A stretch of DNA of 64,000 bases, taken from NCBI GenBank assembly GCA_046563655.1, contig CM102287.1:5022001-5086000 (forward strand). Direction: 5' to 3'. Below are positions 38,389 through 49,470 of the stretch, in pieces. Each line of letters starts with the position of its first letter. Position 1 is the first letter of the stretch. This stretch comes from Yuukianura sp. NJ FZ-2021. Taxonomy: Eukaryota. The notes below the pieces were generated by a model, which was given only the letters and a program-made list of their open reading frames with translations, was not told the DNA's origin and ran no database searches. Made by a program: the position numbers and the translations under genes.

Positions 38389-40463
38389 TCTTCCGGGGCC
38401 GGGAGAGGTGGAGGCTCCTGGGTATCTTTGGATCCATCTTGGAGAATCGGCGCATGCTCAATTGGTAGGGGGGCAATTCTGGTAATCGGACGGCGTAGAA
38501 TCTTTCCTTGGGGTGTCCGTATGTCAGCTACACGAACCTTTCCATCTGCTCCTGGGTAGACGGCTTCCACACGGGCTAAATTCCAGTGGTGACTGGAGAA
38601 GGTGTCATCCGAATCTTGAACCAAGACGAGGACTCCGGGCTCCAAATCCGGTTGTGGTTGGCACCATTTTGGACGGGATTGGAGAGTGGCGATGTACTCC
38701 TGCGTGAATCGTTGCCAAAAATGTTGCGCAAACTGTTGTACAATCTCCCATCGATCCAAGCGATTGAGTGGAGTCTTCATGTGGTTGTAGGCTGGGATGG
38801 AGTGTAGAGTATCTCCGATCAAGAAGTGCGCAGGCGTAAGCACGTCGAATCCGGTAGGCTCAGAGTTCAATGGCACTAGTGGACGGGAGTTGAGAGCTGC
38901 TTCAACTTGCACTAAAAGTGTTCCAAATTCCTCTAGTGATAGGTGGCGGTCACCAACAATTCGTCGGAGATGAAGCTTGGCACTTTTTACCGCAGCTTCA
39001 AAAAGTCCTCCATGGTGTGGTCCATATGGGGGGTTAAACTGGAACTCGATTCCTTTTTCCTTGGAGAACATGGTGACTTGGCTTTGAAATTCTGTTGAGT
39101 CGATAATCTTTTGAAGGTCATCAAGCTCATTTTTGGCTCCTACAAAGTTGCTACCATTGTCGCACACTATGGTGCGAGGGAGTCCACGACGCGACACAAA
39201 ACGATTGAGTGCAGCGATAAACGATGGAGTGGAGAGACTACCAACTAACTCTAAGTGTACAGCCTTTGTCGCTGCGCAGACCAGTACACAAAAGTAGTGT
39301 TTCTCGAGGCGTGGTCTTCTTCCTGGAACTGTTGCAAGGACGAATGGTCCTGCAAAATCCAATGCGGTGGTAATAAACGGTCGAAGGTTAGAGGTCACAC
39401 GATACTCTGGCAATGGTGCCATGAGTTGGCGGAGTGGTATGGGGTTAGCTTTGTGGCACTTTACACACTTACGAACGATTCTTTTTACGGTAGTGGGACC
39501 ATCAAAAATCCAAAACTTGTCACGCAAGATGCATAACAGTAGGGTGGGACCGGCGTGTAAATGTTCTTGATGGAGGTGACGTATGAGTACTTCTGTGAAG
39601 TGGTGGTCCTTTGGGAGAAGCATTGGGTGTTTCTTGTTGAAGTGGAAGTTACTTTGACCCAAACGTCCCCCCACACGGAGGATACCTTGGTCATCGAGGA
39701 ACGGAGAAAGAAACTTAACTCTTTTTGATGAGGGGGCACTTCCACTACTAATGAAACGAATTTCATTAGAAAAGGCTTGACCTTGGATGACCTTAACGAT
39801 GGTCAGGAGGGCATCTTCCAACTCCACCACTGTTAGAGGGGAGTTGTCTTTCACTTTAGTTTTTGCACATTTTAGAAAACGCTGACCTGATGCCACGAAC
39901 GATTTCATCTTGTGGAGAGATGATGTGGAATTGATGAATTCCAGAAGTGGTGGTAAAGGTACGTTCACACCGACTGAAGAAACATTCACTATGGGTGGCA
40001 CTTGGATGAACTTGACCCACGGTGGTCCATTGAGCCAAAGTGGGTTGGTTAGGAATTCCTTTGCAGAAATTCCACGTGACGGAAGGTCGGCTGGGTTCTC
40101 GGATCCAATAACGTGGTTCCACTGGGCAGTCGGAAGTAGTTGTGTAATAGTACGCACTCGGTTCAACACAAAAATTTCGCGCTTGCGCGGTGGGTCGGAA
40201 CCGGGCTTTAGCCAGCCAAGGACACTGGTAGAGTCAGAAAAGCACATGACACTGTTCACTTTCACTGGGAGGGCATCAATGACGGTTTTCAAAAATCTGG
40301 CGAGTAATTTTGCTCCTTCCAGTTCTGACCTTGGAGTAGTTTCACCTTTGACCGGAGTAACTTTTGTTTTGGACCCTATGAGGGTAACAGTGACATTGAA
40401 GGGGGTCTGTACACGAATGTACACAACTGCTGCATGAGCTCGGTTAGATGCGTCGCAGAATCC
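38367..40463 (-). CDS. BEL/Pao pol C-terminal part: RNase H and integrase (continues after a 1-nt frameshift)
   Basis: GFCDASNRAHAAVVYIR, TTPRSELEGA, FSDSTSVLGW, NPADLPSRG (Pao RNase H). HHCC zinc finger (HLHAGP..CVKC). DDE core LDFAGP / CDNGSNF / GLFEAAVK. Reads into the 3' LTR. Confidence 0.9.
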   Translation of the reverse strand, partial: GFCDASNRAHAAVVYIRVQTPFNVTVTLIGSKTKVTPVKGETTPRSELEGAKLLARFLKTVIDALPVKVNSVMCFSDSTSVLGWLKPGSDPPRKREIFVLNRVRTITQLLPTAQWNHVIGSENPADLPSRGISAKEFLTNPLWLNGPPWVKFIQVPPIVNVSSVGVNVPLPPLLEFINSTSSLHKMKSFVASGQRFLKCAKTKVKDNSPLTVVELEDALLTIVKVIQGQAFSNEIRFISSGSAPSSKRVKFLSPFLDDQGILRVGGRLGQSNFHFNKKHPMLLPKDHHFTEVLIRHLHQEHLHAGPTLLLCILRDKFWIFDGPTTVKRIVRKCVKCHKANPIPLRQLMAPLPEYRVTSNLRPFITTALDFAGPFVLATVPGRRPRLEKHYFCVLVCAATKAVHLELVGSLSTPSFIAALNRFVSRRGLPRTIVCDNGSNFVGAKNELDDLQKIIDSTEFQSQVTMFSKEKGIEFQFNPPYGPHHGGLFEAAVKSAKLHLRRIVGDRHLSLEEFGTLLVQVEAALNSRPLVPLNSEPTGFDVLTPAHFLIGDTLHSIPAYNHMKTPLNRLDRWEIVQQFAQHFWQRFTQEYIATLQSRPKWCQPQPDLEPGVLVLVQDSDDTFSSHHWNLARVEAVYPGADGKVRVADIRTPQGKILRRPITRIAPLPIEHAPILQDGSKDTQEPPPLPAPEDVPKEQS

Positions 40464-43400
40464 AAAAGTTGGTACTGCGCATGCTCACTGCTACTTTCGT
40501 CTGGACGGAAGTAGCACCTTGGGGCCACGAACTCAGCAAGGCAGGGAAGGTCGGAAATGTAGTTGTTCCATTTTTTCAAAAGTTCATTTGAGATGGGGTC
40601 ATCCCAGTTGACCTTTGACTTCCATACTTCTTGCAGTAGGATTTTGGCACGAATGGTCACTGGAGAAAGAAAACCTAATGGATCGTAGAGTCTGGCTACG
40701 GCTGAAAGAACTGACCTCTTGGTGACCTTGGATGGGTTAGGCATGGATGGCACCACTACAGTCATTGTGTCGGTCGAGGGTACCCACCTAAGTCCAAGGG
40801 TAGGGAGGCCTTCGGGGTCACAAATGAGGAGTGGTGAGTTGACCTCTCGCTCTTCCGGTGGAATGCTGGACAGCAAACTTGGGACATTCGATGCCCACTT
40901 GCAAAGTGGGAACTGGCCTTTAGCCATCACTTCACGTAAAACACTTTGCACATGCGTAACACGGTCTAGGGAAAAGGCACCAGTCAACACATTGTCAACT
41001 AAAATGTCTTTTTTGACTATGTCAGTTATGGTGGGGTCACTACACTCATCTTCGAACAACTTGTGCAGGGCACGAATTGCTAGGTATGGGGCGGGAGAAA
41101 CGCCAAAACACAAACGACGGAAGCGTAGATGCTGTAAGGGCATGTCAGGAGACTCACGGAACACTAAACGCTGAAAATCCCTTTGCACATGCGCAATCCA
41201 AATTTGTGTGAAAAACTTGGCGATATCAGCAGAAATGACATAGGGGAAGGCACGGAACCTCACAAGGAGTGGAATTAGATCCACTTGCAATTTTGGGCCT
41301 GGGTACAAAATGTCGTTAAGGGATGGGCCCTTAACGGTTTTCGCTGAACAATCGAAAACGATTCGGAGTTTGGTGGAAGTGGATGTCTCCTTCACAACAT
41401 GGGAATACGGCATGTAGTATGACGTTTCTGGAGAAATGCGAATTTCATGGGTAGGAATGACCTCCATGACCCCTGAGGTCAAGTTGGACTTGAAGTACTC
41501 TTTGTAGGCAGTACACACTTCACTGTTCTGGTGGATTCGTCGTTCCGTAGAGTGGAAACGGCGAATAGCATTGGCGAGGGACCCACCCATGGGGGGGTGA
41601 ACATCACGAAATGGCAATTCCACAGTGAATCTGCCACTGAGGTCACGGGTTGTTGTTGCGAGGAAACGAGATTCACAAATTGAGTCTTGAATTGACCTTG
41701 GTGCACTCACTGCATCAGGTTCCTCTGATTCCCAGAACTTTTGAACAAGTTGTTCCAAATCTGGTTTGGTGGGACAGAGCACGCTAGAACCTGGGTGTTG
41801 AGCGGGTGGGGATTCCCTGGCGGATGCCAATCTGCACTCTCCGCTACTGGGCGAGCCGACTCCGGCACCCTCCCCAAGGAGGGGGATCCCGCTCACTACA
41901 GTAGCGTTGCACTTGGGCATTTGGGTGGGCACTCTGGGTACACTGGGTACTGGGTACTCACCGGTTAGGATCCATCCGAACGGAGTGTTTTCTGCTGATG
42001 GCATTCCTGGTGGTCCGTGGATCAGTCCACCGGACTTGATTTTGGTGGCGAAACGGTTGCCCAGTAGAATATCCACTGGGTGGGGATCGAAGAACCCTGG
42101 ATCGGCAAGATCCAAATCTACCAAATGGGGAAATGAACTTTGACATTTCACTTGGGGCATGTTTCCACTGGTTATTTTGTCCACTACATCAGCTTCGATT
42201 GGGAGGGAGTAGCCGTTGAGGCGGGACACTAAGGTCACTTTCACTCTACCGTGGGTGGTGGGGCCTGCAACTCCACTAATTCCAGTAACTGAAATGGGGG
42301 TACCGTAAGGTTTGAAACCAAGACGGCGGGCTAAATCACTCGAAATAAACTCCACTTCACTACCATTGTCAACAAACACTCGGGCGGGGTGGGGTTGACC
42401 TTTGAGGTCAAGGACGTTGACCTTGATGGTAGCGAGAAGAACATGAGAAGAGTGGGTGATTCCGAATGAGCAGTTTGAGTAACTGACAGTATCTCTAGGT
42501 GGAGGTGGGTGTGACCCTTGACCTGGTGGGGCATTGGTGGGGCGGGAACGATCATGGTGGAGTAAGGTGTGGTGGCGTTTACTACACTTTTGGCACACAA
42601 ACTTGGAGGTACACTCATTGGCAGAATGCTTGGACGAAAAGCAGTTGAAGCAAAGGCGAGCCTTTTTGACAAGGTCACTCCGGTCATTTGGAGAAAGTGA
42701 CGCAAACTTTTGGCAACAATTCAATGGATGGAATGTTTCCATGCAGCAGACACACTGTCCACTTGGTGGGGCGGGAGCGGCGGTGGCCGCGAACACTTTT
42801 CCTTGCATGGTGGGACGAGGTGGGTTTGACCTTTTGACCTCTGAGGTCGAATTTTGTTGTTTTTTGGATCTACCTGCGTTGTCATCCAGTGCACATGCGC
42901 GCATCTCCAAAAATTCTAGAAATGGTTCTAGGGTGGGTAGGCTGGTGTCCTGGGTGAGAAGCCACTCACGGCGGGTGTCCTCATCCAACTTCTTGAATGT
43001 CCAAAATACTAGGATGACATCCCAATATTGGACAGGAATTTCTTGTGACTTGAGAGAGCGGACGACTTCATTGACGAGATCCACCACAGCACGCAAATCA
43101 GTGGCGGAGTCGGTTGCTCTTCTCAACTCATACAATTTGCGTAAATGTGCAAAAGCTATTTCACGTGGATTTGCATACCTTTTTTGCACAAGTTCCCAAC
43201 CGTCTGGGTAGGAGTTGTTGGACGTTGAGAAATTCTGGATTATGGCTAGAGCGTTTCCTGTGAGCGAAGTACGCAAATGAACCATCTTCTCGGCGTTGGA
43301 CAGACTCTGGTCGTTGTGGACTGCTGAGGTGAAGAGGTCACGGAACTCTTCCCAAGCGGCAAAGGATCCATCGAAGGTCGGCAGCTTGACTCTTTCAAGC

Positions 43401-43864
43401 TTAAAGTTTGACTTGGAGGACGCAGACTGTTGAGCATGCGCTTTACGAGTTTTAAAAAGTAATTTTGTACCTGCGTCTAAGATGTCCTCTACAGCGTCAA
43501 AGCGTCCGATGTTGTTGGCGTACAATTGTTTGTAGTCCTTGAGTGCAGCTACGGCGGTAACAAACTTTTGCTTCCAGTCACTGCACTGGAGTTCCATCGC
43601 TTTGAACTTTTTGTCGTATGTTGCTAAGTCGGAATCGTCGAACACTGCATCAACACAGGCGACGAACTTCTCGTGGAGACGTTTGGCGTCATGGTGTAGC
43701 ACTCCGATGCCAAACACGCAAGTCTCCATATTAGGAATTGGCATTGGGACTTCACCACTGTCACTAACCGCTTTTTCGGTTGTTTTCACCACTTTTTCGG
43801 TGGCCTTCGGCACTTTTTCTGCGGACTTTGGGGCACTAGTGCCGGATTTGTCTTGATCTGACAT
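40376..43864 (-). CDS. BEL/Pao gag-protease-reverse transcriptase polyprotein (N-terminal part)
   Basis: Gag KLPTFDGSFAAWEEFRDLF. Knuckles CVCC..H..C, CFNCFSSKHSANEC, CQKCSKRHHTLLH. Protease VFVDNGSE. RT KLRIVFDCSA, SLNDILYPGP, ADIAKFF, FGVSPAPYLA, LVDN. TKRSVLSAVARLYDPLG. Confidence 0.92.
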   Translation of the reverse strand: MSDQDKSGTSAPKSAEKVPKATEKVVKTTEKAVSDSGEVPMPIPNMETCVFGIGVLHHDAKRLHEKFVACVDAVFDDSDLATYDKKFKAMELQCSDWKQKFVTAVAALKDYKQLYANNIGRFDAVEDILDAGTKLLFKTRKAHAQQSASSKSNFKLERVKLPTFDGSFAAWEEFRDLFTSAVHNDQSLSNAEKMVHLRTSLTGNALAIIQNFSTSNNSYPDGWELVQKRYANPREIAFAHLRKLYELRRATDSATDLRAVVDLVNEVVRSLKSQEIPVQYWDVILVFWTFKKLDEDTRREWLLTQDTSLPTLEPFLEFLEMRACALDDNAGRSKKQQNSTSEVKRSNPPRPTMQGKVFAATAAPAPPSGQCVCCMETFHPLNCCQKFASLSPNDRSDLVKKARLCFNCFSSKHSANECTSKFVCQKCSKRHHTLLHHDRSRPTNAPPGQGSHPPPPRDTVSYSNCSFGITHSSHVLLATIKVNVLDLKGQPHPARVFVDNGSEVEFISSDLARRLGFKPYGTPISVTGISGVAGPTTHGRVKVTLVSRLNGYSLPIEADVVDKITSGNMPQVKCQSSFPHLVDLDLADPGFFDPHPVDILLGNRFATKIKSGGLIHGPPGMPSAENTPFGWILTGEYPVPSVPRVPTQMPKCNATVVSGIPLLGEGAGVGSPSSGECRLASARESPPAQHPGSSVLCPTKPDLEQLVQKFWESEEPDAVSAPRSIQDSICESRFLATTTRDLSGRFTVELPFRDVHPPMGGSLANAIRRFHSTERRIHQNSEVCTAYKEYFKSNLTSGVMEVIPTHEIRISPETSYYMPYSHVVKETSTSTKLRIVFDCSAKTVKGPSLNDILYPGPKLQVDLIPLLVRFRAFPYVISADIAKFFTQIWIAHVQRDFQRLVFRESPDMPLQHLRFRRLCFGVSPAPYLAIRALHKLFEDECSDPTITDIVKKDILVDNVLTGAFSLDRVTHVQSVLREVMAKGQFPLCKWASNVPSLLSSIPPEEREVNSPLLICDPEGLPTLGLRWVPSTDTMTVVVPSMPNPSKVTKRSVLSAVARLYDPLGFLSPVTIRAKILLQEVWKSKVNWDDPISNELLKKWNNYISDLPCLAEFVAPRCYFRPDESSSEHAQYQLLDSATHLTELMQQLCTFVYRPPSMSLLPS

Positions 43865-43954
43865 GGTGGGACGAAAGCACTACTGAACGTTGGAAAAAGC
43901 TTTTAAAAACTGGCTAGGTCACACAATTGGAAAGATCACTACAATTGGAAAAGA

Positions 43955-44323
43955 TGTTCGGACTTTGACCTCGTGTCAAAGCCGAGCTGAGAGTCTCCTT
44001 ATGAGACGTACGACTCAAAACACGGCAAAATAACGGAAGCAAAAATAGGCAAGACAAGAAGTCCAATTGTTTCAGATTTATTTAGGACTTGACTTGTCAA
44101 CGGACAAAATGCAACTTACTTACTAAAGGGTCATGGTGGGTTTCTTCGTTGACGTTGGGTTGGTTTGGGCGGGAAAAATGTTTGTTTCTTAAAACTAAAA
44201 ATACACACAAGTTACAAACTAAAAGACACAAAAGGCATGAAGGAAAGAAAATGTAAAATGGTAAAATTGGTAAAAATGCATAAATTAACCTAATCCTAAA
44301 ATCAGCTCTGTTCCTTCGGAACA
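43955..44323 (-). repeat. 5' LTR of BEL/Pao element
   Basis: 369 bp direct repeat of 38020-38388. AATAAA on the - strand near 44077-44082. Confidence 0.95.
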
Positions 44324-47300
44324 GACGCTGTACCAGCGCCTGCGCTTCACAAAAAGTTACTCCCTCCAAAGTGTGAAACTTTGATCAGTTTTTCGACACC
44401 ATGTCAGGCTGCTTTTCTCGAAACTTTTGGCTTCATTTGTTTTTCGCTTGTACTATTTTACTACCTTTAGACAGATGGTAGTGGAAGATAGGCGGAGGCG
44501 TCAAGCGCAACGTCGAAGGCAGCAGCGGCAGCTGCTGGAGTGCCAATTTGCGCTGATTAGCTCCTAAAAACTTTGACGCTGAATCGGAGATTGGCAAGCG
44601 TTTTATGTCTTTCCCTTGTTATCTGATCCCGTGGTGGAGGATCCGAAAGAAGGAAGATGACTGAAAGCCTAAATGATGGGAAGCTTAAAGATGATCTTTG
44701 GAGATGCAACGAGAAGATGCGATGCACTGCAGAGATGCATTCAGTTTTGTCTTCTCTAACCCTTTCCTGAAGCAGTCAAAGTTTTACCATAACTCGTGAG
44801 ATGCATCTTACAACTAAAAATTTTGCTTGGCTTGATTTGGATTGAAACTATGAATTTTGTTGGAGGCGATGAATCGATTTCAGCGTTTCATCCTGTTCTG
44901 ATCCTATCGCATTGTCATAATTCATGATCAAGAGTCCCTTGATTCCCATAATTTAGATGCATTTTCAGGATCCGCCTCCCTCAAACTAACTTTGTACAAT
45001 CCAAAATCCAACAGGAGAAGCTACACATAAATTAGGTTATCCTTAACCTAGCCTAACTCAACAAAATGAAAAAAACTGCATCTCTCTTACAAAAATTACG
45101 GCAATAATGTTTCTTCTTTTCGCGTCAAGTTGCAAATTTTTTCAGATCTGAATTGTGCGTTCGGTTCGAATTACTTTTCTGGTTCATAATTTTGTAAGCC
45201 TCGAAGAAGCTTCATAAAAGGAAACTCTGAACTTTTACATTCTTAAAGATTTATTTGACTTTTGATCTGTGAGCTCATCGCTTAAGAGTAGAAATCTAAC
45301 ATTTGTAAAAACACCAACACTGTTTTTTCTGGAAGTAGAGAAAAGTTCAAACAGAATGAAAACATCTCCAACAAAAAGTTTCCTTAGAAGTTCGGAAGTG
45401 CTTGCAGTACTAAAGTAAAAGCAGCAGTGTCGAACGGACCATTTGGCCAAAAGGCGGTGGAGGGAGTAACTACATTTGGATTGAAAGTTAAGTGAGATAC
45501 AGCTGCACAAATACAAAATTCACACAAGAACAAACCTATAACCTAACTTTATTGGCACAGAGAGGAGAAAGGCGTCGGACTCAAAGAAAGGAGTCGTTGT
45601 CTTTGAAGAATCAAATTCCTTAGAGAAGATTTATGAGGCAAAGTGGGGTTGGTCTAAGATGGACTTATTTTGGCAACGAAATCTACATCGAATCGCAAAA
45701 CAAAATTCCGAACAGGTCATTCCATTGGTCGCAGTGACCTAATTTTGAGGACTTTAGGCTAGGTTAGTCCAATGGTTTAATGTCTAAACTTATTTTTAGG
45801 CCTCACATTCTTCGTTTTCTCAAGTTATAAGTCACCACCTCATTTTTAGTCAAGTGTCCTCAGATCATTCTGTTCGTTCACCTTCAAATCTTTGGATATG
45901 TAAGTTGTTCAACTGTAGAATCACAGTCAATAAATCATTCTATTTTAAGTTTCTCCAAAGCCTCAGACTACACTTGTCGCATAATTAATGACAGGATTCT
46001 TCTATTTATAAATCAGATTCGGGGATTCTCAGAACAGAGGCGGCAAACAAGAAACTAAATTACCAATGATACCTAACTAACCAAATGAAACATTAAATTA
46101 AAAAGTTCAGTATTTAGAACAACGTGCCTAACAGAAATTCCTTTGACCGTCCGAATCCGATGAAAAGGGAAAGTTTCTAGAAAACTGCACCCTTATCAGT
46201 ATCAAACTCCAAAAGATTTTGCAAATTCGATGACCTTGTACTCTGAGTTAAGACATTTTTCGGAGTTTATTAACTCTTAAAAGTAACTAAAAACAGTGAA
46301 ACTAAAAGCTTAAGATCAACTTTTTTTATTCTCTTTCCTAATACCAGAGAGATTTGGAAAACTTTCTATTGTCTGCTTCTTCACAAGCAAAATACAAAAA
46401 TGGGTTTAGGCGGCGTCTATGAAGGTAACATTGGGATTCACGGCGGTTCAGAAGAAAAGTTCGAAGAAAACTTCGATCTTTCGCACAGAGATGGCGAATG
46501 CACTGTCTAGGAATAATTGTGTTGGTTTATCTGAACGAAGCTCATCTTAGTCCAAACATGTTACTTTCTACAGCGTTAACTTTCACTCTGAAAGTGCTTT
46601 CCAAGACATCAGACCGACACCGAACTGGTAATAGTAACTTTGTAATGTGTTACAACTCTGGATCTGTTGTTGAGTTTATCTGAACGGCGTTAAGTTTAGC
46701 AAAATTGTTTAAAGTTACTTAACTACAACGCGAGACATTATTGATTAAAAGCAGTAGGTACTTATTTTTAATTTGCTCCTTCATGTGCAAAAAATGTTTG
46801 AAGAAATTTAAGTGAAAGTTTGTTTGCATCAAAATTAAGCGAAACACGGAACACGAATCTAGCTTGGATTTGGACAGAAGTAAAGACAAATTCTTCGAGG
46901 ACACGCAGATGTATCCGTAAAAACATAAAATGACCTCTGCGTTTTATTATTACTTAAAAGATGCCAATTTTAGACAGAAAAGATGAAAATGTTGATGCAG
47001 TTAAGATTATTTTAGTAAGAATCCCATTTAACGCACAACTTTTCAATTCAACACTTTCAAACATATTGCCATTAATTCAGAATGAATGAAACTTGGTCTG
47101 CAATTATGAAACAACTGGAAAAATCGTTAAAACGTGACCAGTACTTTGGAGGAATTTTGAACAAAATTGCATAATTTTCAGTTTAATAGGCCAGTTCTCC
47201 ATCTTCTATCTTCCTGACTTTGATCTGCCAAGCGCAGACAAAGTAGGTATGATTGATTCCAATCAATTGATTCAGCCCTTTCCATGTTCTCCGTGACAAT

Positions 47301-49470
47301 ACATTCATCTTCTGAAATCTCTTGTCCTAAACCCAGCATCTTCCTCATTTACACAACATACAACCTAACCTAAAGATGTATAGACAGGATCTGATTTTGA
47401 CAGGGAACAACGCAACAAATTCATTCTCAAACGCAAAAGGCTTTGAGCCATCAGAGATCAAACAGAATCAACAAAAATAAACATCTTCATCCTCACCCCA
47501 TCATTTATGCAACATTTATTCTCGTCATAATCCGCGACAACAAAAAACGCGACGCAAAAAATGCAACATCAAAAAGACAACTTCAATATTGCACAAAACT
47601 CAAACAAAATACCTGAAAAAGAAAAAGACTAAACAACAAATGTGCATATAACTTTTGGTGAAACTTTCTCTTATTTGGATCTTTTTCTATAGTTAAAATT
47701 TTTTTCTCATAATTTTGAACATTATTTTAAAACTATGTAAAATGTACTTTGATATTTTTATGCTATTCAACGTATGTGTCGCTTTTTTAAGTTTAGCTTT
47801 ATTTGTGTCCCAAATTTCGCATTTTTGTAGTCTACCCTTTTGTGTCACGTATTTTGTTCTCTAAGCGAGGAGGAGGAGACAGTTTTTGGGAAGCATCAAT
47901 CATAATTTGTAAAATGAAACTTTTCATTTGTTTGTTGGATCCATGTCGATAGGTCTTGACTTTTATGAGACATAATTGAATACAAATGCATTAATTCCTT
48001 TGAGTAATAACTTGGTCCTTTGTCTACGTGCCAGAACAGCCTAGCGTAAACCTAACCTAACCAAACTATAAACCACTTAGGGAGGCACTCAGTGAGAAAA
48101 AAGTTTGGCCACACTTTCATGATATGTTTCTGGCATAAATTAAGTTTTTGAAACTTTACAAATAAGTTTTCCACAAAAAGGTCTAAAAAGTTTTCACTTT
48201 CAGCCGGAATCGTTGGAACTTTCTCTGGAATCGCTAGAAATGGAGAAATATTGGCTTAGGACCAAAATCCGAATTCGGATGAAAACGGAACAATAGAGAT
48301 TGGAAGAACTACTTAGAAATCCCATACATCAAATTCCTTTAACAAAACTCCAAATTTGTATCAGATTAAAATGTGCTCAATTTAGAAAGAGGGAAATTGA
48401 AATTGTTCAAGATTCTCAAGATTTCACTTTCTCTTGCAAGAGAAAAAAGACTTGACTTTCTCTTCAGATTCTTGCTGAAATTACACTGGAGCCATACCAG
48501 ACTCAACTACTGGGTAAACAGTCTCCAAATTGAGAAAACAAAATTACGACTTTTTCAGAAAAAAGTTGGTTTTTGAAACAGAGTTTTTTGCTTACTCCAA
48601 AGTTTAGTTTTTTGCAACTAGAAAAAATCCATTTCGGAATGACAAAAAGTGGAGGAGACAGTAAACTGACAAAAAAAAGTTTTTGGCGTTCTAAACCCAT
48701 TTGCTACAGAGTCTGTCTCCTGTCAATTTACAACTAATTTTGTTATGTACTATAAAATTCAAAATTTAAAAAGAGCTTTTTCGAAATCAAAACTAAAAGC
48801 TTCCGCCTCTTTCTAAAAAACAACAAATGTATTAAATATTTTTAATTTTTGTTTTTAAAAATTTGAGACATTTTGATTTTCACCTGAAGTTACAATTCTT
48901 ACAGCATGACTTAAAGCAACTTTGAGTTTGAGTTTTAGAACTCAGAATTTTCTCCAAAATTTCCCCTGGCTTGTTTGAAATTCAAAAATTTAAACACTTC
49001 TTAGACAATTTTTTTCTCATGAAATTTGTTTGAGAACATGAACATTTTCAAAAATGACTTTGTAAATTAGTCGTTCTTTTTTATAGGAAAATATTCATTC
49101 TACTGCCAACATTATTTTTGTTTCTTTTCTTACATCACAAATTCATTCCCGGAAGTCTACGCTGACTACTAAAAACATAATCTCAGAAATTTTGAGTTCT
49201 TTCAAGAGTTTAGTTTACTGTTTATTTAAAAAGTAATATTTTTTTTTTAAAAAAAAGAGCATGAGAAAGTGAAAGTCAAACAGGGTTCAACTTTTTCTTT
49301 GCCAATTTTGAAAAAGAAACCGGAAGGAAACTGTCAACAATTTCTCTTCTTTTACTTTACTCCACCATCAGAACATGCAACTCCACCAGAGTCATTACAA
49401 CTTCAGAAATACTTTTCTAGGAAATAATTTACAAAAAAATGTACTGTTTTTTATTTTTTCAAAATTCTAC

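Larger units (their letters stand above)
38020..44323 (-). mobile_element. Full-length BEL/Pao LTR retrotransposon (6.3 kb) in an MCT intron
   Basis: Two 369-bp LTRs (38020-38388, 43955-44323) bounded by TGTTC...GAACA. 5-bp TSD gacgc at 38015-38019 and 44324-44328. Gag-PR-RT-RNaseH-IN order with a triple zinc knuckle typical of BEL/Pao. Confidence 0.97.

Noticed and set aside
38162..38476. Hydrophobic ORF duplicated at 44097-44369 (possible env-like or membrane peptide)
   Set aside because: It lies in the LTR's T-rich strand, which yields hydrophobic codons by composition. There is no proper start in the 5' LTR copy.
39910..43856. Several long plus-strand ORFs (175, 151, 225, 105 aa)
   Set aside because: Antisense shadows of the retrotransposon polyprotein.
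44466..44566. GC-rich patch giving a 30-aa Arg/Gln-rich plus-strand ORF, or a phase 1-1 minus-strand cassette exon for the MCT gene
   Set aside because: No recognisable motif, weak donor, and inclusion would insert sequence between TM1 and TM2. Not supportable without transcripts.
49355..49416. Possible mini-exon after MCT module 2 (cctag acceptor)
   Set aside because: Entered in phase 1 it hits TGA after three codons, and there is no compatible donor/acceptor pair.
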